Shown here: in pieces, positions 24,144 through 38,015 of the stretch
Numbering within the stretch: position 1 is the first letter of the stretch
Layout of the letters: each line of letters starts with the position of its first letter
Source of the DNA: Azolla caroliniana
Taxonomy: Eukaryota > Plantae > Polypodiophyta
Direction: 5' to 3'
NCBI GenBank assembly: GCA_043228905.1
Contig: JBHGNT010000002.1
Location: forward strand, 16,802,001 to 16,866,000
Length of the DNA: 64,000 nt
Position numbers and translations under genes: made by a program
Notes under the pieces: generated by a model
Database searches by the model: none
Told to the model about the DNA's origin: nothing
Seen by the model: only the letters and a program-made list of their open reading frames with translations

Positions 24144-26874
24144 TCAATGACATTTGAACTTAATAATTGTAAACATTTTATTCAATGTTCCAAACTTCCA
24201 TCTCGTTCACTTGTGTCTTCTAAATCTTTGAGTATTCTCGTTCATCAATTTATTTGTGTGTAATTGATCCCACGCTTCAATTTTATTATTTTAATCTTGA
24301 CGCCACGCAATTACCAAATTATGAATGACAATTACTCGGCTCTATTTTAGACGATTTTCAAGACGTGTTTCCTAACGAATTGCCGCTTACTTTACCACCA
24401 AATTGAACTCATCCCTGGTGTTGCTCCTATGATTATTCTATCTTATCAACTTAGTCGATTAGAAGAGGATGAGATCGCTAAACCACTTAAGGAATACTTG
24501 AGTATGGGCCACATTAGGTATAGTAAATCACCTTGGGGTGCGCCAGTTCTATTAGTTAAGAAGAAAGGTTCATGGTGAATGTGTATCAAGTATCGTCGTT
24601 TGAATAAAATGACAATGAAAAATGCATATCCGTTACCTCGTGCCAATGATTTGATTGATCATTTATATGGGGCCCAATATTTTACAAAAATTGACTTACG
24701 AACAAGTTATCATCAAATTTGCATTGCCAAGGGTGATATTCCTAAAACCGCTTTCCGTATGCGCTAAGGCCATTATGAGTTTTTAGTCATGCCTTTCGGG
24801 TTAGCTAATGCTCCAGCCACATTCCAACAAATGATGAATGACGTTTTCCGAGATCAACTCGGTGATTTGGTTGTCGTCTTCTTGGATGATATTCTAATAT
24901 ATAGTCGTACCTTGCAAGATCATGTTTGATTTGTTTTGCAAAAGTTGTGTGACAACTCTTTCTATGCAAAACGTTCAAAATGTGATTTTTTTGAAAAATC
25001 TATTGTGTACCTATGTCATTTAATTACGGAAAATTGTGTTGAAATTGAACCTTCTCGTATTGAAAAGGTTAGTGGAAAGGTCTATGTTCTTGATTTACCA
25101 AACGTAAAACAAAAAAATTCTTCATGAATGTCATGATGCACCATCAGTTGGTCATCCTGGAATACAACACACACTCGTTCTCATCTTGAGTACTTTTTTC
25201 TAGCCTAAGAAGCACTCTCACGTACATAAATACGTGACTCAATGCTTACAATGTCAAATTAATAAGTCAGAACGACTTAAAGCTGTTGGTATTTTACATC
25301 CCTTAGATATTCCCAACAACAAACAAATGGGAAATTATCTCGATGGATTTTATTGTTAGTTTACCTCGTACATAGATGGGTCCTGATGCCATTTGGGTTG
25401 TCGTTGACCGACTAACAAAATTGGCTAGATTTATTCCTACAATAACCACAATAACCGCTCACCAATTGGCTTATCAATTTGTTGATGAGTTATTTCGTTT
25501 TTATGGATTACCTATGGATATTGTTAGTGATCGAAATTCCAAGTTTACTAATGACTTTTGGACTCAGGTCTTTAAGAAGCTAAAAACTATCTTGAGCATG
25601 AGTTCCATAGATCATCCTCAGTCTGATGGACAAACTAAACGAGTTAATCAAATTATTGAGGACATGCTTCGAGCTTATGTAGCAAAAACCTCTTCTAAGT
25701 GGGAGCAATACCTTCCTATCTTAGAATTTTCCTATAATAGCTCAAAACATACATCCACTGGATATAGTCCTTTTATGTTGATGTATGGTTTTCAACCACG
25801 TGCCCCAATTGATGTCATGATTCATCGTGATACATTTAATAGTACACGCAATTTTTTGCAAGACATGAACTAGATGTTGCATATTGCCAAAGAAAATGTT
25901 CAGACAGCTCAAGGTCGTGCTTGATTTTATGTTGATCAAGATAGACATCCTCATACATTTACTATTGGTGAAAAAGTTTTTTTGTGTGTCCCTACTGACT
26001 CTACATCATTGTCTACGGCAAGTGTGTTAAGTTAGCCCCATGATATTGTGGCCCATTTGAAATCCTTAAGTGAGTTGGGTCATCTGTTTATAACCTTGCC
26101 TTACCCCATAATGTTGGTATTCATCTTGTTTTTCACGTCGGTCGTCTAAAACCATTTTTAGGCTCTAGTGATAACACCATCACAATCTAGGAACTTGTAA
26201 CATTAGAGGATTTTTCTTACAAACCTCATGTTCCTGAACGAATTCTTGATTCTCATACTAAACTTTAAGAGATTTGGTTATTCAAGATCACATGGATGGA
26301 TAAAGCAATTGATGATGCCACGTGGGAACGCTAGCATACTCTTAAGGCACAATTTCCTCACTTTATATTGCAAGAGTGGAATCTTTGAAGTAGGGGAGTA
26401 TGTTATGTACACATAACGTAGGTGAGGGTAGATCACTATTATTTACAAGAGTGAAGGGTATGTTCACTAATGTTATAAAGGGGACTAATGTGATTGGATA
26501 GAAGGAATGATAGGTGCATGCACTATCATGATATGAACAACCAATGAATGGAGAGCCTTTTAGAAAGGCACATCTATTCAAGGGGCCTAGGAAAAGGTAT
26601 AAATATGAGGCTTAGCTACCCTCATAAGGAGATTATGTCAGAAGGTTGCTATCTTAGACACCGGTGGTGCAGCTACGCTTTCGTCTCGATGATCGTGTAA
26701 TCTCTTCAAAGGTATTAGTCATCCTAATATCCGGTTGTATGGGACGGTGGTAGGTTGGGTATGTCTAGATTATAGCTCGAGGGTGGTCGGGTGGAACAGG
26801 TTCTTCTATCCAATTGATCTATTTTCCTTCTTTTACTTTATTTTGGTCTATTGATTAGTAATATACTCTTAACA
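24144..26874 (+). mobile_element. Degenerate chromovirus-type Gypsy: RT, integrase, chromodomain remnant, PPT, 3' LTR 26401-26874
   Basis: [60 protein letters not shown]; GAAGTAGGGGAGTA followed by TGTTA..TAACA. Confidence 0.85.
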
Positions 26875-29800
26875 CACCCAGATGCTCGTTTTGTATGTTG
26901 TCTGGTATGCCCACATCGCACTGTGCAATTTCGTATCCCAATCCGTCTAGTTTTCGTTCACAATCTTCCGTAGGATATTCTGAAATGTTTTGTTCGTCGA
27001 TTCTGCTAGTCCGTTCGTTTGTGGGTAGTACGACATGCTTCTCTTATGGACCACTACGTAGAATGTCGTTAGAGTCTCCATTACTTGTCCTATGAAGTGC
27101 GCACCTTGATCACTTATGAGCTCGATCGGACAACCATACCGGCACCAAATGTACTCATACAAGAACTTCGCCATTCACCATAGACGCCACAGTGTTGTCC
27201 CAGAGTGCCTTCGCTTCCACCCACTTTGTACAATAATCCGTGGCTACGATAATGTACCGGTTCCTAGTATGCATTGCCGACGGCTTGAACGTCTTGAACG
27301 GCGTCGTAGTCCGGAGGGTAATCTTGTTCATAGAAGTCTCGAACATAATCCTCTCTCCATCGGTCATCGTACTGATATCCGCGTTTTGGTTTGTAATGGC
27401 CCTCTCGTCAGAACCACTCCTCATCCGATCGTCAGTCATCCAGGGGCTCAATTTTTCGGACCGGCGCTGCTTGCCGATTTAATAAATTATACTCACACCG
27501 GTCTGCGGTGTGTGATTGGGAGTGACACAACATACATTGGATCCTCATCATACATTCCACAGTGGAATGGCCGGGGTTGAGACACGTCATGCATTATACT
27601 GCCTGCCAGAATCATAGGTCCTCCTCACTTGGCAGTGCGCGTTGTAAGGCCCCCATTGCCATGTAATTTCCGTTTTGGGCCCGATTCAATTCCAAAACCC
27701 GGTTAATGACTTCATCAATGGTATTCGTATGGAAATCTAGCACTACTAGCATTGTCAAGAGTGGCTCCCAGAGTGCGGCCAAAAAGACTGCCTTCGCTTC
27801 ATCCTCCAGAGATGCCCTTGTCAGCTAGTTGTGCAATGCCTGAAACTGGATTATAAATTGTGGGATGGTTTTGTTGGGTTTCTGGTATGTTGTGTAGAAC
27901 TTTCCGACGAGTTGCCTCTACTCCACCTATTGGTGAAACAGTCTCAAAAACGTTTCCTGCAGGGCTTGAAATGTGGCGAAGCTTCCCGGGAGGTGCTTCG
28001 CGTGCCACCTTGTCGTCAGTCCTTCTAGTGACATGTCGAATTCTGCGACTTTCAATCGCTCGGCTTCCACTTTCGTTAATCGCTACAAAACATGGTTGGC
28101 CTCCCATGTTTGCAAAAAAGCGTATGTGTGCGCTTCCGCATCTGGTTCATCCCTATATTTGGGATATGGGTATGGCATATTGTCGTCATCTGTAGCCCGT
28201 TCCGGTTTCAGTAAGGATTCGTTACAAGTGGTGTCGGCGGGCAGTTGTTTTCCTCCTTCAGTTGTCGTTCTGATGGTGCTAGTATCGTAGTTTTCGACTC
28301 TAGTATTGACGTGTGTTCGGATCCGTCTTCCGCCGACTCATATGGAGTATTGTGACTCGATCAATAATTGGAGTGGATGCTTCGTTTGCTTTCCGACTCC
28401 GACTCAAATGCTAAGAACGCGTATGAGTCTCCAGCGCTTGTTGCTAGCGTCTAGACTCTGCAATAGTGACTCGACTTTGAGAAAACTAATGAGGCTACTT
28501 CCTTCGTCTGATTGTCGTTGGTTTTATAACCGGATTGTTTCCTCCGCGACCCGCCAAAGCACTCTGGGAAAAGATCGATCATGCCGGATCTCTTCAGCCG
28601 CTAGTTGGTACTCTTCCCGCCTTCACCGTCATTTAGATAATCTTCTTGCTTGCTCGGCCACTGGGTCATTGGTCTGTGTTGAGAATGAAACTCAACTTCC
28701 CATAGAAATAGGTTTCACACTAGCTCATGGACATACCAGGCTAGTTTTGTAAATAGTAGAAAGGGCCCTTGCCCTAGTTTAGTTGGTATATAAACCAACG
28801 TTTTGTAACTTTGTTACTGTTGGAAGTAATACATAGTTTTCTCATCTTAAGATTCTCTCTCTGTGTGTTTCTCATAAGTGTTTATACACACACACACTCC
28901 TACCGTTACATACAATCACTCTCCTTTCTTTACATGGTACCAAAGTGTGTGGTTTTCTGATCAAGACTAATCGACTGTGGTGTTCTACATACCGACGATC
29001 AACAGAACCAGTCCAAGAAATAGAGAAGAAATCATCATGAATACTCAGATGGGAGGCGCTCTTCCTACGGAGAAGCTCGACAGGACAAACTTCGCATCTT
29101 GGGAGTACAAGATGCATCAGGATTCAGTACCTTGTCGGACAAGGATACTAGAGCTATATTGAAGGAGCTCACGAAACGCAGCCCAACCCAACACACGCCG
29201 ACTATCCCGTTTGGGAGCAGGCTGCAAGCCATGTACATGATCACATGCTTGGCTATATTCAAGAGACGAAAATGCCGAAAGAAGCGTGGGGCAATCTCAA
29301 GAGGATCTTCGCGGCCAATACGGTTGCCCGCAAGCTCCAGATTCACCAGTAGTTGAATGGCATTCAACAAAGGGACATGTCAATCGGCAACTATGCCTTG
29401 AAGATCAAGGAGTTGTGCGATGCCCTCGGGTCGATCAATGTTGGCATTGACGACGAAGAAATGGCGCAGATATGCCTCGAAGGGGTGGCACCTCGATTCA
29501 GCGCAATAAGGTCCGTTGTTCCCACAAGAGAGAATCCCCCCACCTTTTTCGATCTCCAGTCAATATTGTTGGTTGGGGAAAATCGCATCCAAGAAAGGAG
29601 CAATGCACCAGAGGGTCAGATGCTCTACTCCCAGTCGGATGATAGAAGAAATTTTGGCCATGGAATAGAGATTGATTCGAACATGGCCATCACGGTCATG
29701 ATCACAGGCTCGGCTATATTCAAGAGAAGAAAATGCCGAAAGAAGCTTGGGGCAATCTCAAGAGGATCTTCGCGGCCAATACGGTTGCCCGCAAGCTCCA

Positions 29801-32800
29801 GATTCGCCAAGAGTTGAATGGCATTCAACAAAGGGACATGTCAATCGGCAGCTACGCCTTGAAGATCAAGGAGTTGTGCGATGCCCTCGGGTCGATCAAT
29901 GTTGGCATTGACGACGAAGAAATGGTGCAGATATGCCTCGGAGGCTTGGCACCTCGATTCAGCGCAATAAGGTCTGTCATCCTCGCAAGAGAGAATCCCC
30001 CTACCTTTTTCGATCTCCAGTCAATATTGTTGGTCGAGGAATATCGCGTCCAACAAAGGAGCAATGCACTAGAGGGTCAGATGCTCTACTCCCAATCAGA
30101 TGATAGAAGAAATTTCGGTCGTGGAATAGAGATTGATTCGGACATGGCCGTCACGGTCAACAGACCCAAGAGCATAACTCCCACCAATGGCAAGCGGACA
30201 GCAACAATCCCAGAGAGTTCTACAGAAGGGGGAGTCATCACACCGAACCAAGCAATCGTGATAACCCAATCAAATGCAAATACTGCAGAAAACTTGGTCA
30301 CTACAAAGTGGAGTGCCGAAAGAAGAAGCGAGAGTTTGCTTCAACCAGACGTCAGCTCACGAACTATGCATCAAATTCCAACTACGACAATCGTAGCGGA
30401 ATGTTCACGAATTACGCATCGAATTCCAACTACGAAGATCGTAGGGGAATGTTCATGATGAGGCACAAAGCGCACTCAATGGCGACTCAAGTTGAAACAA
30501 GCACCACGCCCTCAGAGAATGTATGGTTTGCTAACTCGGGAGCATCCAACCACATGATGTCTCATGAAGATTGGTTTCGGTAATTACGAAAACCCAAACG
30601 TCCCGGATATGTCAAGATAGGCGATACCACGACTCATCCAATACAGCATATCGGGAATATCCCATTTGGAAGCGACGGCAAACAAACCTACCTCAAGAAC
30701 ATACTGCATGTTCCTACCATCACGAAAAACCTGGTCTCGGTCGGCCAGATTGTCGAACAAGGAATGCAAGTACGATTCAACAATGATGGGTGCTTTATCG
30801 AAAGAGGCGATCGAGTCGTAGCTCACGGTCATCATAACGACTGTATGTTTTTCCTCGAATCGAACTAGGTAAAATAGGCCATGTTTGCAAAGGGCCTCAA
30901 AGTCAAAACCGACCTAAAGTTGTGGCACAAGAGAATTGGTCACATCAATCTCCAGAAGCTTCAGAACATGCAATCGAAAGGAGTCGTAATCGGACACCCG
31001 AACTTTACCGCGAAGGAGATTATGGGCGTATGTGAAGCGTGCCAATTCGGAAAGCAACGCTGACATCCATTCCCGAAAGAGCGGAATGTGAGCAAAGGGA
31101 TCCTGGATGTCGTACATTCAGATGTATTGGGACCGGCCCAGACAACCTCACTCGACGGATGCCGATATTACGTCACATTCATTGACGACTTCTCCAGGCA
31201 CACCTAGATCTACTCGATGAGACAGAAGAGCGAAGTGTTTGGACACTTCCAGAGGTTCAAAGCCGAAGTCGAAAAAACTACGGGTCGGCACGTACGCTGC
31301 CTTCGATCAGATAGAGGCAAAGAATATTTCTCGTATGAGTTTATGGCGTATCTTCGAAAGGAAGGAATCCGACGAGAATTTTCATGTCATCACACACCTC
31401 AGCAAAATGGCATAGTTGAGCGGAAGAACCGGCACATAGTAGAGGTTGCACGGGCAATGATGAACGAGAAGAACCTGCCGAAATCATATTGGGCAAAAGC
31501 GGCGAACACAGCCGTATAGCTCATGAACAACTGCACAACCTCGGGAGTACATGACACAACCCCCCATGAGAAGTTTCTTGGTAAGAAGTCAAACTTATCA
31601 CATGTTCGTATGTTCAGCTCAATCGCTTATCTGCATATTCCCGATGATACGCGACAAAAGCTCGACCCGAAGTCCGAGAAATGTATCCTCATGGGGTACT
31701 CGGTCCAACAGAAGGGGTACAAATGCTACAATTCATCTACCCGAAAAGTTCGAACAAGTCAAGATGTCGTTTTCAACGAGTCCGCATCCTAGTATGCACC
31801 AGAGACAACCTTGACTCCGACTCCGCTCGACCCGGAATACGTTGAAATAGAGGCAGAATCCAAAGATCGACTTACGCGCATGTTCGACGAAAGTCCAATC
31901 ACGACCCGAATAAGTGGGCCACAAGAACCTTCGAGTGATCAAAGCACATCTCGGTCGAGTCCGAAGTTGGACAAAGGGAAGGCGAAAATGCTGGAGTATG
32001 AAGACGATCACTACAACGGCACGAATCGACTTACTCCCTCGATAGTGAGTTCGAAGGCCTCCACATCCGAACAAATGGAGCAAAGAAAGCCTTAGTATCC
32101 GCAAACGAGAAGCTCCGCTGATCCACCCATGAAAAGAGCCATGTAAGCCGATTCGGCTACAATGGTTACATGGCATATCATTACGCCTTTATGATGAAGG
32201 TAGTGTCAGTACCGGAGCCAGAAACCCTTTCCGAAGCCGTAAAAGATCCGCGATGGGTCGACGCGATGAATGAAGAAATGCAAGCCCTATGGAAAAACGA
32301 GACTTGGGATCTCATTCCTCACATTCTACACAAGAAAGCAATTGGTTGCCGATGGATTTACAAAGTGAAACACAATGCCGACGGCTCCATAAATCGCTTC
32401 AAAGCATGGCTCGTTGCGAAAGGATACGCACAAATGCACAGAGTTGACTACGAAGAGCCCTTTGCCCCAGTGGCAAAGATGACAACTGTGTGAACCGTGG
32501 TTGCAATCACAGCAGCAAAAGGGTGGCACCTCCATCAGATGGATGTGAAGAATGCCTTCCTCCAGGGGGAACTAGAGGAGGAAGTGTATATGATCCAACC
32601 ACCTGTCTTTGAATTGCGCAATCATCCGAACGCCATGTGCCGACTCAAGAAGCCACTCTATAGCCTCAAACAAGCACTACATGTGTGACATTCGAAGATC
32701 ACACAGTATCTTCATCAAATCGAATTTCAAATGTCAAAATCGGATAATTCTCTATACATCTGAAACGAGTTGGATAGCCCGATTGTCATCATCCTATACG

Positions 32801-34700
32801 TGGATGATTTGGTTATCGGAGGAAAGGATCTCTCCAATATTAACAAGGTCAAAACACTTCTCTCTGGTAGATTTAAAATGAAAGACCTGCACGAGCTCCA
32901 TTACTTCTTAGGCATTGAAGTAATTCGAACACCAGTCGGGATAATGATCTCACTATGTCCTCAACTTACTCTACAAGTTCAGAACGTCCTCAACTTACTC
33001 TACAAGTTCAGGATGACGGATTGCAAACCTGTGTCCACCCCGCTTGACCATAATCTCAAGCTTGATGTCGATTCTGGCACAGCCGAGTGCGAGCCAACTC
33101 AGTATCACCAATTGATTGGCAGCCTATCTACCTAGCCATTACGCGACCCGACCTCAGCTATTCGGTCGGCCTACTCAACCAATTTATGCAGAATCCGCGA
33201 AACTTTCATCTTGATTGCGCTAAGAGGGTACTTCGGTATGCCAGTGGTACGATGGATTACGACATCAAATACTGGTCAAATACGATAATTCGACTTGAAG
33301 GGTACACAAACGCGGACTAGGCAAGTTATAAAGCGGATAGACGGTCAACATCAGGATTCGTCTTCTCCATCGGCAACGGTGCAACTTCATGGAGTAGAAA
33401 GAAGCAACCGACAGTCGCACTATCAAGCACGGAGGCCGAATACAGGGGTGTGGTGGTCGCTACGTGCAAAGCCGTATGGCTAAAGCGTATACCTAAAGGA
33501 TCTGGGCGTACCCATCAAGGATCTGATTCGTCTATACTGCGACAACATGAGCAGTATCTACCTGGCGTGGAACCTCGTATTCCACGCGCGGACTAAGCAT
33601 GTCCAAGTGCACTACCACTTCATCCGCGAGCGCATGCAGGACGGAGATATAAACTTACACCACATCAGCACGCATCTACATGTAGCCGACATTTTCACGA
33701 AAGCCCTGGGTATCGACAAGCTGCGGTAGTTCGTGTCAAACCTTCGCTTATCTATTCCCAACCAGCCGAGCTTGAGGGGGAGTACAGAACAGTGAATTGA
33801 TCGATTGATAGAAGCCAAACAAGGAGTACGCAACCGAAAAGCTGAACAATCAAAGTTCGAAGCGTTCAAAAGACCGATCCGAAACAATTTTTCAATATCC
33901 AGAAGTTGTGTTCGAAGGGACGTGTTGAGAATCGAACTCAACTTCCCATAGAAATAGGTTTCACACTAGCTCATGGACATACCATGCTAGTTTTGTAAAT
34001 AGTAGAAAGGGCCCTTGCCCTAGTTTAGTTGGTATTTAAACCAACGTTTTGTAACTTTGTTATTGTTGGAAGTAATACGTAGTTTTCTCATCTTAAGACT
34101 CTCTCTCTCTCTCTGTTTCTCATAATTGCTCTCTCTCTCTCACACACACACACACACAGTCCTACTACTGCATACAATCACTCTCCTTTCTTGATAGTCT
34201 GCCTAGACATCCATTACCCGTTATTCACTGATCTATGCAAGAATCGTGGTCTCTAAAACTGTGTTTATCCTGGGTTGGACTTAGCCACAAGCACAGGGTA
34301 TCCGTTCAGGAACACTTATCCAAAGGGGTGGTTAGGATATGGATGTTATCCGGTGTTTATCCGATTTCGATCCGACTATTTCCGGATACCTTCCAAATTA
34401 CTCAATTTACGTCTCCAATTAATTATAACACGCGTAAGATTAATAATTAGAGCACACAATGGCAAGTACACAATAGGAACAATAGCACTAAGATCAACGC
34501 ACTAATCTTGTATTACTTCCGTTAACTTTATACATCGATCTGGACCCTTTTATAGGCATCCGATAAAGCTTACAAAACGGTGCCTTACCGGCTACCGGCT
34601 ATCAATCGGTGCGAATTCAGATCAGTGCAACTATCTGGATCCGTCTGTTCCTCTAATATTACTTAACTAATAAATATACTAAAAATTATGCTCCGACTCG
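26875..34700 (-). mobile_element. Degenerate Gypsy remnant (integrase ~26.95-27.3 kb, gag-like to 28.68 kb, start and upstream part 34.2-34.7 kb), split by Copia D
   Basis: YIIVATDYCTKWVEAKAL, WCRYGCPIELISDQGAHF, YYPQTNGLAESTNK; joining across the Copia D TSD gives MSRQTNDPVAEQARR; boundaries approximate. Confidence 0.6.
28677..34196 (+). mobile_element. Copia element D, full length but degenerate
   Basis: LTRs 28677-28934 and 33923-34196; TSD GTCTG at 28672-28676 and 34197-34201; decayed PBS TGGTACCAAAG; gag-PR-INT-RT-RH motifs. Confidence 0.9.
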
Positions 34701-34729
34701 CCCTCGTTCATACTACTTCGGAACCTACT

Positions 34730-36270
34730 CCTAGGCCAACAGGGTCGGGCCAACAAGGTCGGTTGTTCCTGCCGACTCTTCACTCGGCTCGGATTCATAC
34801 CTATTGATCCGTTGCTTAGGGTTAGCCGTCTCCAACTTGTATTCCTCGATCGACTTCAATAGGTCTGCCGACTCTGACTCATATATATTGGTCAGTTGCT
34901 CCGAGTCGACCGACTCGCATTCGGCTGTGCCAACTGGCTGTCTCCGAACAACCAATTGTGTCAATCCAACTAGTCGTAAGTCGGTAGTAGTGGGAGTCGA
35001 CTGGGAATCGAATTTGACTTCTGTTGTTTCCAGTCCTCGATCGTCTTGTCTTCCAAGAAGACTATGTCCTGATTCCTCACTACTTTCTTATTGACCAAAT
35101 CCCACAGCCTGTAGCCGAACTACCTCTGGGTACCCCACGAATATGCATGGTGATCCTTAGCCACATGCATATACACCAAACATCCGAACACCCTTACATG
35201 TCGGTAGGAGACATCCTTTCCTGTCCACACCCTTTGTGGGACATCACCTTTCAATGACATTGAGAGTGACTTGTTGATCAGAAAAGCAGTTGTATACATC
35301 ACCTCAATCGGGTATGATTTTGGTAGCTTAGCATGCAACAACATGCTCCTTACTCTCTCCATAATCATCTAATTCATCCTCTCTGCAAGCCCGTTCAACT
35401 CAGGGGTCTTTGGCACTATGTATTCGATTTGAATACCTTGGGACTTGCAGTATTCTTTGAACTGCCCTCTATATTCACCACCATTGTCAGTTCGGACAGT
35501 CTTTAGCTTCTAACACGACTCTCTTTTTGCTCTTGCCTGGAACTCCATGAATACCGACAATACTTGATCTTTCAACTTGAGCACGAAAGCCCACAACTTT
35601 CTGTTGTAGTCGTCAATGAATAGTACCAAGTATTGTCCAACTAGATGCGAAGGAGCATCTACATAGCACACTTTCGTGTGTACCAGCTCCAGTGGCACTT
35701 CTCTTCTCCTTGGTGGTCTCATGTGGAACGCAACGCTATTCTGCTTTCTGACTAAGCAGTCGACACACTTCTCCAAGTGCGCTCCTTTCACTTCTAGGAG
35801 AAGTTCCTAGTCGGCTAGGATGTGCATCTCCTTTTCACTCATGTGGACAAGCCTCTTATGCCATAACTCTCCACTAGAATCGGTTGCCACATTTGCTTCT
35901 AACTTGCATAGTCGAGCATGCATCATATATAATGTGCCCTCTTTCTGTGCTCAGGCCACAATGAGGTTTCCTCGGCAGAACTTCCACTTGGCGTTTCAAA
36001 AGCTACCATTATAGCCTTCGTTGTCCATTCTTCTAGTTGCTATCAAATTCAGCTTGATATCGGGCACATGTCAAATATCCTTCAAGATCAGTTGACAACC
36101 AGTCGACGTTGTCAGACATACATTTCCAACGCCGACTATCTTGCATTCCCCATTATCTCCCATCTTCACATGGCCATGATCCCCGGTTGTGTAGGTCGAG
36201 AAACACTCTCTCGAGGGAGTTAAATGGAAAGATGCATTGGAGTCGATTATGCTTGTGAAGAGACACAAAG
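34730..36270 (-). mobile_element. Tnt1/Tork-like Copia internal fragment (protease to post-integrase linker)
   Basis: IIDSNASFHLTP, LELVHTKVC, FIDDYNRKLW, FGYRLWD; no LTR seen. Confidence 0.75.
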
Positions 36271-36279
36271 ATTGTGCTT

Positions 36280-37100
36280 GTGAAGAGCCACTTGAAATTG
36301 TGGAAAGCTATATATACCGTGAGTGTGAAGTTCCATCAAATCATAGATGGAATGAATGTGTTATTGTGGCCTAAAGAGGAGAAAGAGAGCATATTATGCA
36401 TTTTAGAGCTCATGCAATCATAGTGAATTTAAATATTGGGTCTTAAAGAAATATCTTTTTGACACTTTAGTGACATTAATGCTCCTCTAAGGGGTGGAAG
36501 TATGTGGCGGTAGAATCCGTAAGTCCAGTTGAGACAGGATCACTTCCCATTGATATCATGCCCATTGAAATTGTTTTTGAATATATTCTTCAGGTTCAAA
36601 AAAGTCCCTTGCGTTGACTTCTTAGAATCACATGGGAAGCAAACAAAAAGATTCAAAAGATACACAAAAGAAAGATTTTGTGTTTAGGTTCAATGTAAGA
36701 TGTGTAAAAATGGTTTGGAATATAGGATGCAACACACTTGATTTATTATGCATTTATAGGTTCCTTTACTATTAAGGCCTTTTTGCTACACAAACATGTC
36801 ATGAAATGGAAAATGCAAAGGCTCACGCTTCACAAATTATGCTACATATGTTGAACCTAACTACAAAACCATTGCCGAATGGGGAAACAACACACATTAA
36901 TACACGTTCGAGCATATCCGGTTGTCTACCATCTGAGCTATTTCTTCTATGCGACTTTGCTTACACTCACTAAGATGTGAGACAACGCGTTGGGGCACAT
37001 GTGATGAGAGTAATCAACTATGTACACTTTTCCCTAAATAAGTTTGGGATTCTAAGTATCACAGTTTGATACAATGCTCAACTTTTGATCACATCCGAGA
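36280..37100 (+). mobile_element. Old 3' fragment of the LINE family at 41.7-46.3 kb
   Basis: EPLEIVES..EVPSNHRWNEC and downstream sequence align with the LINE ORF2 C-terminus; many stops. Confidence 0.75.
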
Positions 37101-38015
37101 GCTTAAAATCTAAGATGATACAACTAAGATGATAATAAAATATTTTGATGCTTAAAATGCTAGAATTGTGGTTACTATTGTTTGGTTCAACTTAGCCTTA
37201 GCATTCAAGGGTTTAATACAACCAGTCAACACTCACCTAAACAATACCCAAGGTGTTTCATTTCCACCGTATCTCTCAATGAAAACAATGAAGGGCATAT
37301 ATGATCACACACCCTTAAAGCTCCCTGCTTTTGTCAAGTTTTAAATCTTTTCATGTCTAGCTTCATGCCTGTGTATGTGACTGAGGGACAACTTTCAACT
37401 TCATGGAAACTCAATTCGTTAACTCTTGCCATCCGAGCAAAGTAACTGCATGGACAACTCAACATCGTAACTTATCAATAGGCCACACTACCCGACCAAA
37501 ATGATTTCTATCTTAGCACATGGCTTTATAGGGTACTCATTTTAATTCATATTTAGCCACAATCTTTCATGGTTTTAATCTCATATTCTTATTCAATACC
37601 CATAAAACCGTTTCTAATGATATAAAAATTTTGAGAAATTCTAGTAAGTATTCCCACTGCTTCCTTGGGCATGCGAACAAAGATTTCGTAAAGCTCCACG
37701 TTGTAGTTTATAGACAAATGTTTCATATACCAAAAGTTACAGTTGATCTCATTACTCAGAATTCTTAAATATTTTGATTTCGAACACATATCTGAGTTTC
37801 AAAGAAATGTCAAAACTGGTGTTTCCTGGTCTTTCAATCTGGAGCTTCAAGCAGACTATATCCATAGACCCCAATGGAATTAATTTGGTTGTGTATACAT
37901 ATATATCTCAAGACAAGGATAGACACCTCTGGACAATCAATAGCTTGTCTAAAGTGATGGTTTAATTGGTAATGATGGAGTTCAAAAACAAAACAAGATA
38001 TACTATATGACCTTT

